From an uncultured Parachlamydiaceae bacterium (GTDB lineage: Bacteria > Chlamydiota > Chlamydiia > Chlamydiales > Parachlamydiaceae): a stretch of 64,000 nt of DNA. The stretch spans positions 6,241 through 70,240 of the forward strand of contig CAWHZN010000012.1 in assembly GCA_963833865.1 (NCBI GenBank), written 5' to 3'. Position 1 is the first letter of the stretch. Every line of letters begins with the position of its first letter. A program made the position numbers and the translations under genes. Under the pieces are notes generated by a model, which worked only from the letters and a program-made list of their open reading frames with translations, was not told the DNA's origin and searched no databases. Shown piece by piece: positions 50,548 to 63,200 of this stretch.

Positions 50548-52710
50548 ATGGTGTCTTCAAGCAAACCAAGTGCAGCAGCACAAACGAACGATCCCTTGCT
50601 TTACTGCGTGCTTCAGCTTGCGCACCTGGATAGCAATATGTCTTCAGCTCAAGCATTGATCCATGGTTTGCCTCTGGAAAAGGGAAAATTAACGCCCGAG
50701 TTATGCAAACTAGCCGCTGCACGCATAGGCTATACAGTTTCGATCTCAGAAATATCCCTGGATGATATCCATGAAACGGACCCGCCTTGCATTTTGTTAA
50801 TGGATAATGATCAAGCCTGTCTTGTGACTGCAAAAGAGGGAACTGTGTTCACAACTTTCTGGTTAGCTTCTGGCGCAGAACCAAAGGAAATACCCTTTGA
50901 AACTCTTGCCCTTAGCTATACTGGAATTTACCTCAAATTAGAGCGAGATATTGTCCTACACGATTATGAAACGGGTCTTAAACACTCTCCTAAGGACCAT
51001 TGGCTTTGGGGCACGCTTTATCAACTTCGCTCTTCGTATTGGCAGATTGCCTTTGCAGCATTCTTAACAAATATGGTTAGCCTTGTTATTCCTTTGTTTG
51101 CCTTGAATGTGTATGATCGAGTCATTCCCAATGCCTCTTTTTCTACCTTAACGGTATTAGCAATAGGAGCCTTTGTCGCCATCTTCTTCGATTTCTTGGT
51201 ACGGCTCATTAAAACCCATTTTATTGATGTAACCGGTAAAAAGGCAGACCTCGTTCTTTCGCGAAAGCTGCTGGAGCACGTTTTGAGCATTAAGCTAGGG
51301 GGAAAGAACTTTTCTATTGGTTCTCTTGTCAATCATTTAAGGGAAGCTGAGGTTATCCGGGAGTTTTTCTCATCGATCACACTAACGTATATCATTGATG
51401 CCCCTTTTGTTGTGATCTTTCTGTCTCTCATTGGGATTATCGCTGGATTGCCTTTCTTAGCTGTCATGATGGTTTTTATTGTCTTTATTTTAGTGATCAG
51501 CTGGGTTTGCCAGAGAGCCAGTACAGAAGCTACAAAGAAAGCTTCCGAAATAGGGCAAATAAAGAACAGTTTTCTTGTGGAAACAATTATGGGCTTAGAA
51601 GATATAAAGGCCATGTGTTCAGAAGGACGTAGGCAGCGCATATGGGAACGTATTATAGACACCTATGCCATCCACATAAAAAAGGCCAGTTTCTTTTCTT
51701 CTATGGCTGTCAGCTGTGCCCAGTTCATTCAAAATTCCAATTATATAACCCTTATCATTTTTGGTGTTTTTATTATCGTTGATGGAAAGATGACAGTCGG
51801 TGGACTTATTGCCTGTACAATCTTAGCCTCACGCGCTCTTGTCCCTTTTTCTCAAGCTGCAATGCTTCTTATGCGTTTTAATCATGCTCTCTTTGCTTAT
51901 CAAAACCTCAATAAAGTCATGAACTTGCCTAGTGAAAAACAAACCCTTTATGCCTACACGCCCTTTTCTCATTTTAAAGGTGGTATACGTTTTGAGAAAG
52001 TGAGTTTTCGCTATTTGGATCAACAGGAAAGTGTTCTGAAGGACATCTCATTTGAAATTCAACCTAAGGAAAAAGTCGCTTTTGTTGGACGTATAGGGGC
52101 CGGCAAAACAACACTTTGCAAGCTTATATTGGGCATCTATCAACCAACACAAGGGAGCATTCTCGCAGACGGTCTCGACTTTCAACAAATTAATCCTGCT
52201 GACCTGCGCTCTAACATAGGATATGTCTCACAAGAGCCGTTTCTTTTTACAGGGAGTATTCTGGAGAATATAGTCCTTGAAAGACACAGAGTTACCCCTG
52301 AGCATTTAGAGAATGCATTGACACTTTCAGGCGTTCATGACTTTACGAAAACTCATCCTCAAGGATTAGAACGTCCCGTTGGTGAAGGCGGAAACTGGTT
52401 GTCAGGAGGACAAAAACAAGCTGTAACAATTGCTCGGGCTCTGGCTATTGACCCTTCCCTCCTCCTCTTTGATGAGCCCACGAGTATGATGGACCAATAT
52501 ACTCAAGCCACGCTGTTGACATCCCTCAAAACACATCTGGCTGATAAAACAGTTATCATCATGACGCATAGCTCTCAGATGCTAGAACTGGCAGATAGGG
52601 TCATCTGGATGGAGAATGGAATCATCCTCTTCAATGGTTCTAAACAAGAATTCTCTCACTATATTCAGACCATATCCTCTCCAAATGGGGGTAAAAACAA
52701 TGGCTCATAA
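50548..52710 (+). CDS. Type I secretion ABC permease/ATPase with N-terminal C39-like domain (LapB/LssB type)
   Basis: DPLLYC...LIHGLPL N-terminus; ALNVYDRVIPN; GRIGAGKTT; LSGGQKQ; FDEPTSMMD. Confidence 0.92.
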   Translation: MVSSSKPSAAAQTNDPLLYCVLQLAHLDSNMSSAQALIHGLPLEKGKLTPELCKLAAARIGYTVSISEISLDDIHETDPPCILLMDNDQACLVTAKEGTVFTTFWLASGAEPKEIPFETLALSYTGIYLKLERDIVLHDYETGLKHSPKDHWLWGTLYQLRSSYWQIAFAAFLTNMVSLVIPLFALNVYDRVIPNASFSTLTVLAIGAFVAIFFDFLVRLIKTHFIDVTGKKADLVLSRKLLEHVLSIKLGGKNFSIGSLVNHLREAEVIREFFSSITLTYIIDAPFVVIFLSLIGIIAGLPFLAVMMVFIVFILVISWVCQRASTEATKKASEIGQIKNSFLVETIMGLEDIKAMCSEGRRQRIWERIIDTYAIHIKKASFFSSMAVSCAQFIQNSNYITLIIFGVFIIVDGKMTVGGLIACTILASRALVPFSQAAMLLMRFNHALFAYQNLNKVMNLPSEKQTLYAYTPFSHFKGGIRFEKVSFRYLDQQESVLKDISFEIQPKEKVAFVGRIGAGKTTLCKLILGIYQPTQGSILADGLDFQQINPADLRSNIGYVSQEPFLFTGSILENIVLERHRVTPEHLENALTLSGVHDFTKTHPQGLERPVGEGGNWLSGGQKQAVTIARALAIDPSLLLFDEPTSMMDQYTQATLLTSLKTHLADKTVIIMTHSSQMLELADRVIWMENGIILFNGSKQEFSHYIQTISSPNGGKNNGS

Positions 52711-54117
52711 ATTTAAAATTCAGGCCCATTTTGTTAAATACTATCACCGAACGATAGAATTATGTTCAACGTTTATCAAAAACATCTACGACAAAACCAA
52801 GCAGGTGGATGTAAAGGGAGGGAGACATAATTATTCCAAACCCACGAAAGAACCTTTGATACCGGCTCGTCTTCTTTTTTATCTTATAAGCGCTTTCTTT
52901 TGTTTTTTTGTGATATGGGCTAGTTTTTTTCAGATTGAAGAGTTTGTCCATGCTCATGGACAGGTTCAGCCCGCTTCTGAGGTAAAGGTTCTCTCGCATT
53001 TTGAGGGAGGTGTCGTCACTGATATCTTAGTCAAGGAGGGCGATTGGGTTGAAAAAGATCAAGTTTTAGTCAAACTCAAAGATACTGCCGCTCAAGCCTC
53101 ATTAGACGAAAGTGAACAAAATATTGCTGTTAATTCTATTAATATCACCAGACTCCACGCACAATTAGATGAAAAACCCCTTGTTTTTCCAGAGAATTTT
53201 GTAAAAGAAAAACCAGAGCTTATTAAGGAAGCTGAACAGCAGTATAAGTTACGCGTAGAATCTTTAAAAAACAAACAAGCCATTTTTCAAGATCAGCTTA
53301 CCCAAAAGAGAGTGAACTGGCAGAATCCATAAAGCGTGTTTCAGACCTTGAAGCGTCACTGAATCTAGCTCAACAAGAAATCAATCTTTATGAGACCCTT
53401 GTTAAAAAAAAGCTGGTGTCAATGAGCCAATTAATTAGGACTAAAAAGGACTATGCAGATAGAAAAACCCAATTAGACTCGGCCCAAGAACGCATAAAAA
53501 ACATCAAAGCTGCAATTGAAGAAGCAAAAGAGAAGATCAAGGAAATTAAGTATGATTATGATAGAAGAGATGAAGAAGAACTAAAAGATCGTAATTTAAG
53601 ACTTACTGAAGCAAAGCGAATTTATTTAACAGCAAAAGATCGTCTGGAACGCCTTGATATTCGTTCTCCCGTTAAAGGAATTGTCAATCAGCTCCACACA
53701 AGAACAATCGGAAGTTCTGTTCCCCCCAATGGCGAAATTGTCACAATTGTTCCTATAGCAGATACGCTGATTATCGATGCTCAGGTCCAACCTCAAGACA
53801 TTGGGTTTATTAAACCAAATGATTCTGCATCAATTAAGGTTACTGCCTTTGATTATTCCATCTATGGCTCCCTCAAAGGACATGTCGTATCCATCAGTCC
53901 AGATACTGTCCAAGAAGGAAAAGATGTAAATCAGCGCGTCTACTACCTCGTCAAGGTGCGCACCGACATTAATTATCTATCCCGTCATGGACAAAAGTAT
54001 ATTATTATTCCAGGAATGACAGTCCAAGTTGACATCTTTACGGGTCATAAGACAATCATGCAATATATCTTTAAACCGCTTATCAAAACGATTTCAGAAT
54101 CCATGGGAGAGCGGTGA
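52700..54117 (+). CDS. HlyD-family T1SS membrane fusion protein, frameshift near 53310
   Basis: ORFs 52616-53332 and 53416-54117: SHFEGGVV, IRSPVKGIV, AFDYSIYG, IIPGMTVQVDI. Confidence 0.9.
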
Positions 54118-54133
54118 GCAAAAGAGTATTTAG

Positions 54134-54279
54134 TAGACCTCTTGCATAACCGAGTATTTTGTTTCCTGGCTAGGCAAAAATTTGTTCGCTGTCGGAGTGT
54201 ACACGAAGTACATGAGGATCGCGAGCAAATTTTTAACGACGTCCAGGGAGCAAAAGACGACGGTTAAGCAAGAGGTCTA
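54134..54279. repeat. Rickettsia-palindromic-element-like (RPE) 146-bp miniature repeat
   Basis: Terminal inverted repeats TAGACCTCTTGC(A)TAACC / GGTTA(A)GCAAGAGGTCTA with central GGAGTGTACACGAAGTACATGAGGAT, the layout of RPE-1/3/5 elements. Confidence 0.75.
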
Positions 54280-57200
54280 TTGATGGATTGCAGTCGTAGC
54301 AAGAATATGTCCTGCATGGAAATCAGTGAGATTTGTAAAGTTCATACCAGAACTAAAGGTCAAGCCACTAAGGACGAGCGATCCGCCTCCTGCAAAGGTA
54401 ACTTCTGTTGATGTTCCTCCTGAAATTGAGCTGAAAGTGGAGATTCCATCAAGTTGCTGAGGCGTGATGTTGGCTGTATGGGTAGATCCCGTAGGATCCA
54501 GAATGAGGGCTGCCTGAGGACTAACGAGGAAAACAAGATAATCCGCTGCTGGGTTGTTATAAGTAACAGTTTGAGTCGGAGTCGTTGCGCCTGCGCTTGC
54601 AGCACCTGGTGCACCTACAGAGCTATTTTCTGCCGTCAAGTTGACCAGCGACAGACCTGAAAACGTAAAGTCGTTTACAACTTGGACTGGTGTTGAGCTG
54701 AAAGTAGTAGTCGTAGAGCCCGTTCCCAGTTGTCCATCGTTATTATTCCCCCAAGCATATATGCTGCCCGTGGAACTCAGAGCTACTACATAATCTGCAC
54801 CTGCTGCAACAGCGATTATACTACTTAGATCAGTTCCACCTTGAGCTCCCCCAAGAACTTCTACAGGAACAGCACTATTCGTATTCTGTATACCATCCCC
54901 AAGGTCGCCAACATTATTATCAGCTCCCCAAGTATAAACGTTACCACTGGAAGAAAGGGCTACGGCAAAGTTTTGACCGGCTGCAATTTGAGTGATACTT
55001 CCAAGATCACCTACATTCAATACTCCATGAACCTCAACAGGAGTAGTACTAGTACCGCTGCTGATTCCGTCTCCAAGTTGCCCAACGTTATCATTCCCCC
55101 AAGCATATACATTACCAGTGGAAGAATTAAGGGCTAAGCCAAAATCTTGGCCAGCTGCAATTTGTGTAATACCTCCCAAATCACCGCCACTTACCCCATG
55201 TACTTCAACGGGGTACTCACTCGTCGACGTCGAACCAATCCCCAGTTGACCATCGTTATTATGCCCCCACGCATAGACATTGCCAGCTGAAGAAAGCGCG
55301 TAAGAAGCAGAATCCGCAGCAGTAGTATCAGCGCCCTCAGCAACTTGGGTAATATTCCCTAGAAAACCACTGTTATTGACCCCATGAACTTCAACCGGAC
55401 TATCACTACTGGTCGTTGTATCGTTTCCAAGTTGACCCACCGCATTAGAACCCCAAGAATAAACATTACCTCCGGAAGTAAGAGCCAAGGAGGTTTCATT
55501 GTTTGCTGAAATACCGATGATATTACTTAGATCAGTTCCACCTTGTGCTCCCCCAACAACTTCAACCGGAGTATCGCTCGTTGTGGGAGTCGTGGAACCA
55601 ATTCCAAGTTGATCTTGAGCATTATTTCCCCAAGCATAGACATTGCCGCTGGAATTAAGGGCTAACGCGAAATCCACACCACCTGAAATTTCGGTAATAT
55701 TTACCAGTCCTGGAATTTTGATGGGGATATCACTATTCGTAATTGTGCCGTTCCCCAGTTGACCATCGTTATTATTCCCCCAAGCCCAGACATTACCACT
55801 AGAATCAAGAACATAGGACGATTCACCCTCACTACCTGATATAGAGGGGCTCGTGGTATTAATGAGAGATAGTCCTAGAGTTGTAAAGATGTTCGCAACG
55901 GCAACAGGTGTATCACTGGTGGTGCCAGAACTACCATTTCCGAACTGACCATCGCTATTATTCCCCCAGGCCCAAACCTCACCCGTAGAATCAAGGGCCA
56001 GGCCATAATCTAAGCCTGCTGAAATCCAGATAATATTGCTTAGATCAGTACCGCCCTGCTCTCCCCCAAGAACTTCAACGGGAGTAGCGCTGTGACCACT
56101 TGCGCTTCCATTTCCAAGTTGACCTTCATTATCTTGACCCCAAGTAAACACATTACCACTAGAATCAAGGGCTATGGCGAAAGCACCCCCTGCTGAAATC
56201 TGAATAATAGGTGTGCTAGGAGAAGTCGTCCCTAGATCGCCAATTCCCCCTACCCCAATAACCTCAACAGGAGTATCAGTCTTAGTCGTCGAATTATTTC
56301 CAAGCTGACCTTGGGTATCTAGACCCCAAGAAAATACATTACCGCCGGAAGTAAGGGCTAAAGCAAAATCTGTACCAGCCGCGATTTGAGTAATATTTAC
56401 GAGATCAGTACCACCTTGTGCTCCCCCAAGAACTTCAACAGGATAGTCACTATTGGTACCTCCTCCCGTTGTTGCGTTTCCAAGCTGACCATCGTTATTA
56501 TTTCCCCATGCATAGACATTACCACTGGTATTAAGGGCATAAGAGGTTGCATCAGCACTCTCAACAACTTCTGTAACATTTGAAAGATAAGAAGTTTTTG
56601 CTGATGTAGCATAAACTTCAACAGGCACATCACTATTTGTGGTATTACCATTTCCGAGTTGACCATCGTTATTATCACCCCAAGCATAAACATTGCCACT
56701 GGAATTAAGAGCTAAGGCCGTGTTCTCGTTCGCTGAAATTTCGGAAATATTTGCTAAAGCCGCACCGCCTAATGCCACAAGAACTTCGACTGGGGTATCA
56801 CTCGTCGTGGGAATAAGAGTTCCAATTCCCAATTGACCATCGTTATTGTTTCCCCAAGCATAAACATTACCACTGGAATTAAGGGCTAACGCGAAATCTA
56901 GACCTGCTGAAATTTGGGTGATATCTGCGAGATTACCAACTCCCAACACCCCAAGAACTTCTACAGGAGTTACCTGAGTTACGACTGTCCCAACGCCCAG
57001 CTGACCATCGTTATTCTCTCCCCAAGCATAAACAGCACCGCTAGAACTCAAAGCATAGGAGGTCTCACCCACACTGGCTGAAATATTGATAGCGCTTCGA
57101 ACTGTGGCGGCCAGAGTTACAGTTTCAGTATTTGTAGTAATAGACCCACCATAGGGATCAGATATCGTATAGGTTAAAGTATCCGTTCCTGTATAGAATA

Positions 57201-60200
57201 GATTAGGACTATAGACAAAGTCCCCCAAACCATCTGAGGTTACCGTACCATGAGAAGCCGTGACATTTGAAACGGTATCTCCAGATGGATTGCTTCCCAA
57301 AAGTGTGGTTGGTGTAAATGTAAGCGACGAGTCTTCATTTACACTAGCGGTGAGGGTTTGTTTGGCAATGACACCGAATGTGACAGTCTCAGATGTTTGC
57401 CCAGGAGCACCTGATACGGTCGCATCCTGCTCTGTAATAGTGTAACTGCTATTAGCAGCTGTTGTTGGCGTTCCAACAATGGTGTAGACACCCAATGTAT
57501 CTACTAATGACAGACCTGCTGGCAAAGCCCCAGCAGTAATGGAATAACTGACTGAATCACCAGCATTATCAATTGAGGGTAAGGTAACTGTTGCAAATAG
57601 TGTTCCAACATAATCCGTTTGAGGAGTCGTGATTGTTGTTAAAGGGTTAAAGAGTGGATCGACTGTATAAGAGATATTCTGCGTTGTTTGTCCTGCAACC
57701 CCGGCAACAGAGCTATCTTGCTCAATCAATGTAAAGCTGACCGCACCACCAGTATTGGTTGATGAGCCCGTCACCGTAAAGACGTTGCCAACCTCAGAGA
57801 GGCTTAATCCCGCTGGTAACAAGACATTACTCGTAGAATAGCTAACCGTATCACCAGGGATATTATCCGTTGTGGGGAGGGTGATGGTCACAGCCTTATT
57901 AACATACTCAGGGGATGGGAAGGTTGCGTTTAAAGCGCTCGTAAACATGGGATCAACGTTCAGCGTAAAGCTCTCAGAAACAAAAGGATTCTGCCCATTA
58001 ACAAGGAAGCTGGTATCCGTTGCCGTGACGGTAATATTAGCGGTTGTATCGCTGCCAACCAAGTTCGTATAGGTTCCAGAGATAACGCCTGTGGTGCTAT
58101 TAATGCTCAAACCCGAGGGTAATCCTGTGGCTGAGAAGGCAACCACATCGGCAGCATTGTTGACATAGTGTCCGTTGGTTAGGCTCACGCCCATGGCTAC
58201 ACTCGTAGCTAGAGGGCCAAAGGCTATATCGCCATAATCTGTTTGCGTGCCAATGGCTGTTGGGCTCAGAAACAATGGATCGAGGTTAAGGGTAAAGCTC
58301 TCTGAAACAAAAGGATTCTGCCCATTAACAAGGAAGCTGGTATCCGTTGCTGTGACGGTAATATTGGCGGTTGTATCGCTGCCAACCAAGTTCGTATAGG
58401 TTCCAGAGATAACGCCTGTGGTGCTATTAATGCTCAAACCCGATGGTAATCCTGTGGCTGAGAAGGCAACCACATCTCCAGCGTTGTTGATATAGCTGCT
58501 TCCATTAAGGCTCACGCCCATGGCTGCACTGGTTGCGAGAGGGCCAAAGGCTATATCGCCATAATCTGTTTGCGTGCCGATAGCTGTTGGGCTCAAAAAC
58601 AACGGATCAACGTTCAGCGTAAAGTTCTCAGAAACAAAAGGATTCTGCCCATTAACAAGGAAGCTGGTATCCGTTGCCGTGACGGTAATATTAGCGGTTG
58701 TATCGCTGCCAACCAAGTTCGTATAGGTTCCAGAGATAACGCCTGTGGTGCTATTAATGCTCAAGCCCGATGGTAAGCCTGTGGCTGAGAAGGCAACTAC
58801 ATCGCCAGCGTTGTTGATATAGCTGCTTCCATTAAGGCTCACGCCCATGGCTACACTCGTAGCTAGAGGACCAAAGGCTATATCGCCATAATCTGTTTGC
58901 GTGCCGATAGCTGTTGGGCTCAAAAACAACGGATCAACGTTCAGCGTAAAGCTCTCTGAAACAAAAGGATTCTGCCCATTAACAAGGAAGCTGGTATCCG
59001 TTGCCGTGACGGTAATATTGGCGGTTGTATCGCTGCCAACCAAGTTCGTATAGCTTCCAGAGATAACGCCGGTGGTGCTATTAATGTTCAAGCCCGATGG
59101 TAATCCTGTGGCTGAGAAGGCAACCACATCGCCAGCATTGTTGATATAGTGTCCGTTGGTGAGGCTTATGCCCATAGCTGCACTGGTTGCGAGAGGACCA
59201 AAGGCTATATCGCCATAATCTGTTTGCGTGCCAATGGCTGTTGGGCTCAGAAACAATGGATCGAGGTTAAGGGTAAAGCTCTCTGAAACAAAAGGATTCT
59301 GCCCATTAACAAGGAAGCTGGTATCCGTTGCCGTGACGGTAATATTAGCGGTTGTATCGCTGCCAACCAAGTTCGTATAGGTTCCAGAGATAACGCCTGT
59401 GGTGCTATTAATGCTCAAGCCCGATGGTAACCCTGTGGCTGAGAAGGCAACCACATCTCCAGCGTTGTTGATATAGTGTCCGTTGGTTAGGCTTATGCCC
59501 ATAGCTGCACTGGTTGCGAGAGGGCCAAAGGCTATATCGCCATAATCTGTTTGCGTGCCGATAGCTGTTGGGCTCAAAAACAACGGATCAACGTTCAGCG
59601 TAAAGCTCTCTGAAACAAAAGGATTCTGCCCATTAACAAGGAAGCTGGTATCCGTTGCCGTGACGGTAATATTAGCGGTTGTATCGCTGCCAACCAAGTT
59701 CGTATAGGTTCCAGAGATAACGCCTGTGGTGCTATTAATGCTCAAACCCGAGGGTAAGCCTGTGGCTGAGAAGGCAACCACATCGCCAGCGTTGTTGATA
59801 TAGTGTCCGTTGGTGAGGCTTATGCCCATAGCTGCACTGGTTGCGAGAGGGCCAAAGGCTATATCGCCATAATCTGTTTGCGTGCCAATGGCTGTTGGGC
59901 TCAGAAATAACGGATCAACGTTCAGCGTAAAGCTCTCTGAAACAAAAGGATTCTGCCCATTAACAAGGAAGCTGGTATCCGTTGCCGTGACGGTAATATT
60001 AGCGGTTGTATCGCTGCCAACCAAGTTCGTATAGGTTCCAGAGATAACGCCTGTGGTGCTATTAATGCTCAAACCCGAGGGTAAGCCTGTGGCTGAGAAG
60101 GCAATCACATCGCCAGCGTTGTTGATATAGCTGCTTCCATTAAGGCTCACGCCCATGGCTGCACTGGTTGTGAGAGGACCAAAGGCTATATCGCCATAAT

Positions 60201-63200
60201 CTGTTTGCGTGCCAATGGCTGTTGGGCTCAGAAACAATGGATCGAGGTTAAGGGTAAAGTTCTCAGAAACAAAAGGATTCTGCCCATTAACAAGGAAGCT
60301 GGTATCCGTTGCCGTGACGGTAATATTAGCGGTTGTATCGCTGCCAACCAAGTTCGTATAGGTTCCAGAGATAACGCCTGTGGTGCTATTAATGCTCAAG
60401 CCCGATGGTAATCCTGTGGCTGAGAAGGCAACCACATCGGCAGCATTGTTGACATAGTGTCCGTTGGTTAGGCTTATGCCCATAGCTGCACTGGTTGCGA
60501 GAGGGCCAAAGGCTATATCGCCATAATCTGTTTGAGTCCCAATGGCTGTTGGGCTCAAAAACAACGGATCAACGTTCAGCGTAAAGCTCTCTGAAACAAA
60601 AGGATTCTGCCCATTAACAAGGAAGCTGGTATCCGTTGCCGTGACGGTAATATTAGCGGTTGTATCGCTGCCAACCAAGTTCGTATAGGTTCCAGAGATA
60701 ACGCCGGTGGTGCTATTAATGCTCAAACCCGAGGGTAAGCCTGTGGCTGAGAAGGCAACCACATCGCCAGCATTGTTGATATAGCTGCTTCCATTAAGGC
60801 TCACGCCCATGGCTGCACTGGTTGCGAGAGGGCCAAAGGCTATATCGCCATAATCTGTTTGCGTGCCGATAGCTGTTGGGCTCAGAAACAATGGATCGAG
60901 GTTAAGGGTAAAGTTCTCAGAAACAAAAGGATTCTGCCCATTAACAAGGAAGCTGGTATCCGTTGCCGTGACGGTAATATTAGCGGTTGTATCGCTGCCA
61001 ACCAAGTTCGTATAGGTTCCAGAGATAACGCCTGTGGTGCTATTAATGCTCAAGCCCGATGGTAACCCTGTGGCTGAGAAGGCAACCACATCTCCAGCGT
61101 TGTTGATATAGCTGCTTTCATTAAGGCTCACGCCCATGGCTACACTCGTAGCTAGAGGGCCAAAGGCTATATCGCCATAATCTGTTTGCGTGCCAATGGC
61201 TGTTGGGCTCAGAAACAATGGATCGAGGTTAAGGGTAAAGCTCTCTGAAACAAAAGGATTCTGCCCATTAACAAGGAAGCTGGTATCCGTTGCCGTGACG
61301 GTAATATTAGCGGTTGTATCGCTGCCAACCAAGTTCGTATAGGTTCCAGAGATAACGCCTGTGGTGCTATTAATGCTCAAGCCCGATGGTAATCCTGTGG
61401 CTGAGAAGGCAATCACATCGCCAGCATTGTTGATATAGTGTCCGTTGGTTAGGCTTATGCCCATAGCTGCACTGGTTGCGAGAGGGCCAAAGGCTATATC
61501 GCCATAATCTGTTTGCGTGCCGATAGCTGTGGGGCTCAAAAACAACGGATCAACGTTCAGCGTAAAGCTCTCTGAAACAAAAGGATTCTGCCCATTAACA
61601 AGGAAGCTGGTATCCGTTGCCGTGACGGTAATATTAGCGGTTGTATCGCTGCCAACCAAGTTCGTATAGGTTCCAGAGATAACGCCTGTGGTGCTATTAA
61701 TGCTCAAGCCCGATGGTAACCCTGTGGCTGAGAAGGCAACCACATCTCCAGCGTTGTTGATATAGCTGCTTCCATTAAGGCTCACGCCCATGGCTGCACT
61801 GGTTGCAGAGGACCAAAGGCTATATCGCCATAATCTGTTTGCGTGCCAATGGCTGTTGGGCTCAGAAACAATGGATCGAGGTTAAGGGTAAAGCTCTCTG
61901 AAACAAAAGGATTCTGCCCATTAACAAGGAAGCTGGTATCCGTTGCCGTGACGGTAATATTAGCGGTTGTATCGCTGCCAACCAAGTTCGTATAGGTTCC
62001 AGAGATAACGCCTGTGGTGCTATTAATGCTCAAGCCCGATGGTAACCCTGTGGCTGAGAAGGCAACCACATCTCCAGCGTTGTTGATATAGTGTCCGTTG
62101 GTTAGGCTTATGCCCATAGCTGCACTGGTTGCGAGAGGGCCAAAGGCTATATCGCCATAATCTGTTTGCGTGCCGATAGCTGTTGGGCTCAAAAACAACG
62201 GATCAACGTTCAGCGTAAAGCTCTCTGAAACAAAAGGATTCTGCCCATTAACAAGGAAGCTGGTATCCGTTGCCGTGACGGTAATATTAGCGGTTGTATC
62301 GCTGCCAACCAAGTTCGTATAGGTTCCAGAGATAACGCCTGTGGTGCTATTAATGCTCAAACCCGAGGGTAAGCCTGTGGCTGAGAAGGCAACCACATCG
62401 CCAGCGTTGTTGATATAGTGTCCGTTGGTGAGGCTTATGCCCATAGCTGCACTGGTTGCGAGAGGGCCAAAGGCTATATCGCCATAATCTGTTTGAGTCC
62501 CAATGGCTGTTGGGCTCAGAAACAATGGATCGAGGTTAAGGGTAAAGCTCTCTGAAACAAAAGGATTCTGCCCATTAACAAGGAAGCTGGTATCCGTTGC
62601 CGTGACGGTAATATTAGCGGTTGTATCGCTGCCAACCAAGTTCGTATAGGTTCCAGAGATAACGCCTGTGGTGCTATTAATGCTCAAGCCCGATGGTAAT
62701 CCTGTGGCTGAGAAGGCAACCACATCGGCAGCATTGTTGATATAGTGTCCGTTGGTTAGGCTTATGCCCATAGCTGCACTGGTTGCGAGAGGGCCAAAGG
62801 CTATATCGCCATAATCTGTTTGAGTCCCAATGGCTGTTGGGCTCAGAAACAATGGATCGAGGTTAAGGGTAAAGTTCTCAGAAACAAAAGGATTCTGCCC
62901 ATTAACAAGGAAGCTGGTATCCGTTGCCGTGACGGTAATATTAGCGGTTGTATCGCTGCCAACCAAGTTCGTATAGGTTCCAGAGATAACGCCTGTGGTG
63001 CTATTAATGCTCAAGCCCGAGGGTAAGCCTGTGGCTGAGAAGGCAACCACATCTCCAGCGTTGTTGATATAGCTGCTTCCATTAAGGCTCACGCCCATGG
63101 CTGCACTGGTTGCGAGAGGACCAAAGGCTATATCGCCATAATCTGTTTGAGTCCCAATGGCTGTTGGGCTCAAAAACAACGGATCGAGGTTAAGGGTAAA

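Noticed and set aside
22509-54117. Absence of TolC beside both T1SS pairs as a novelty
   Set aside because: tolC is commonly unlinked and shared
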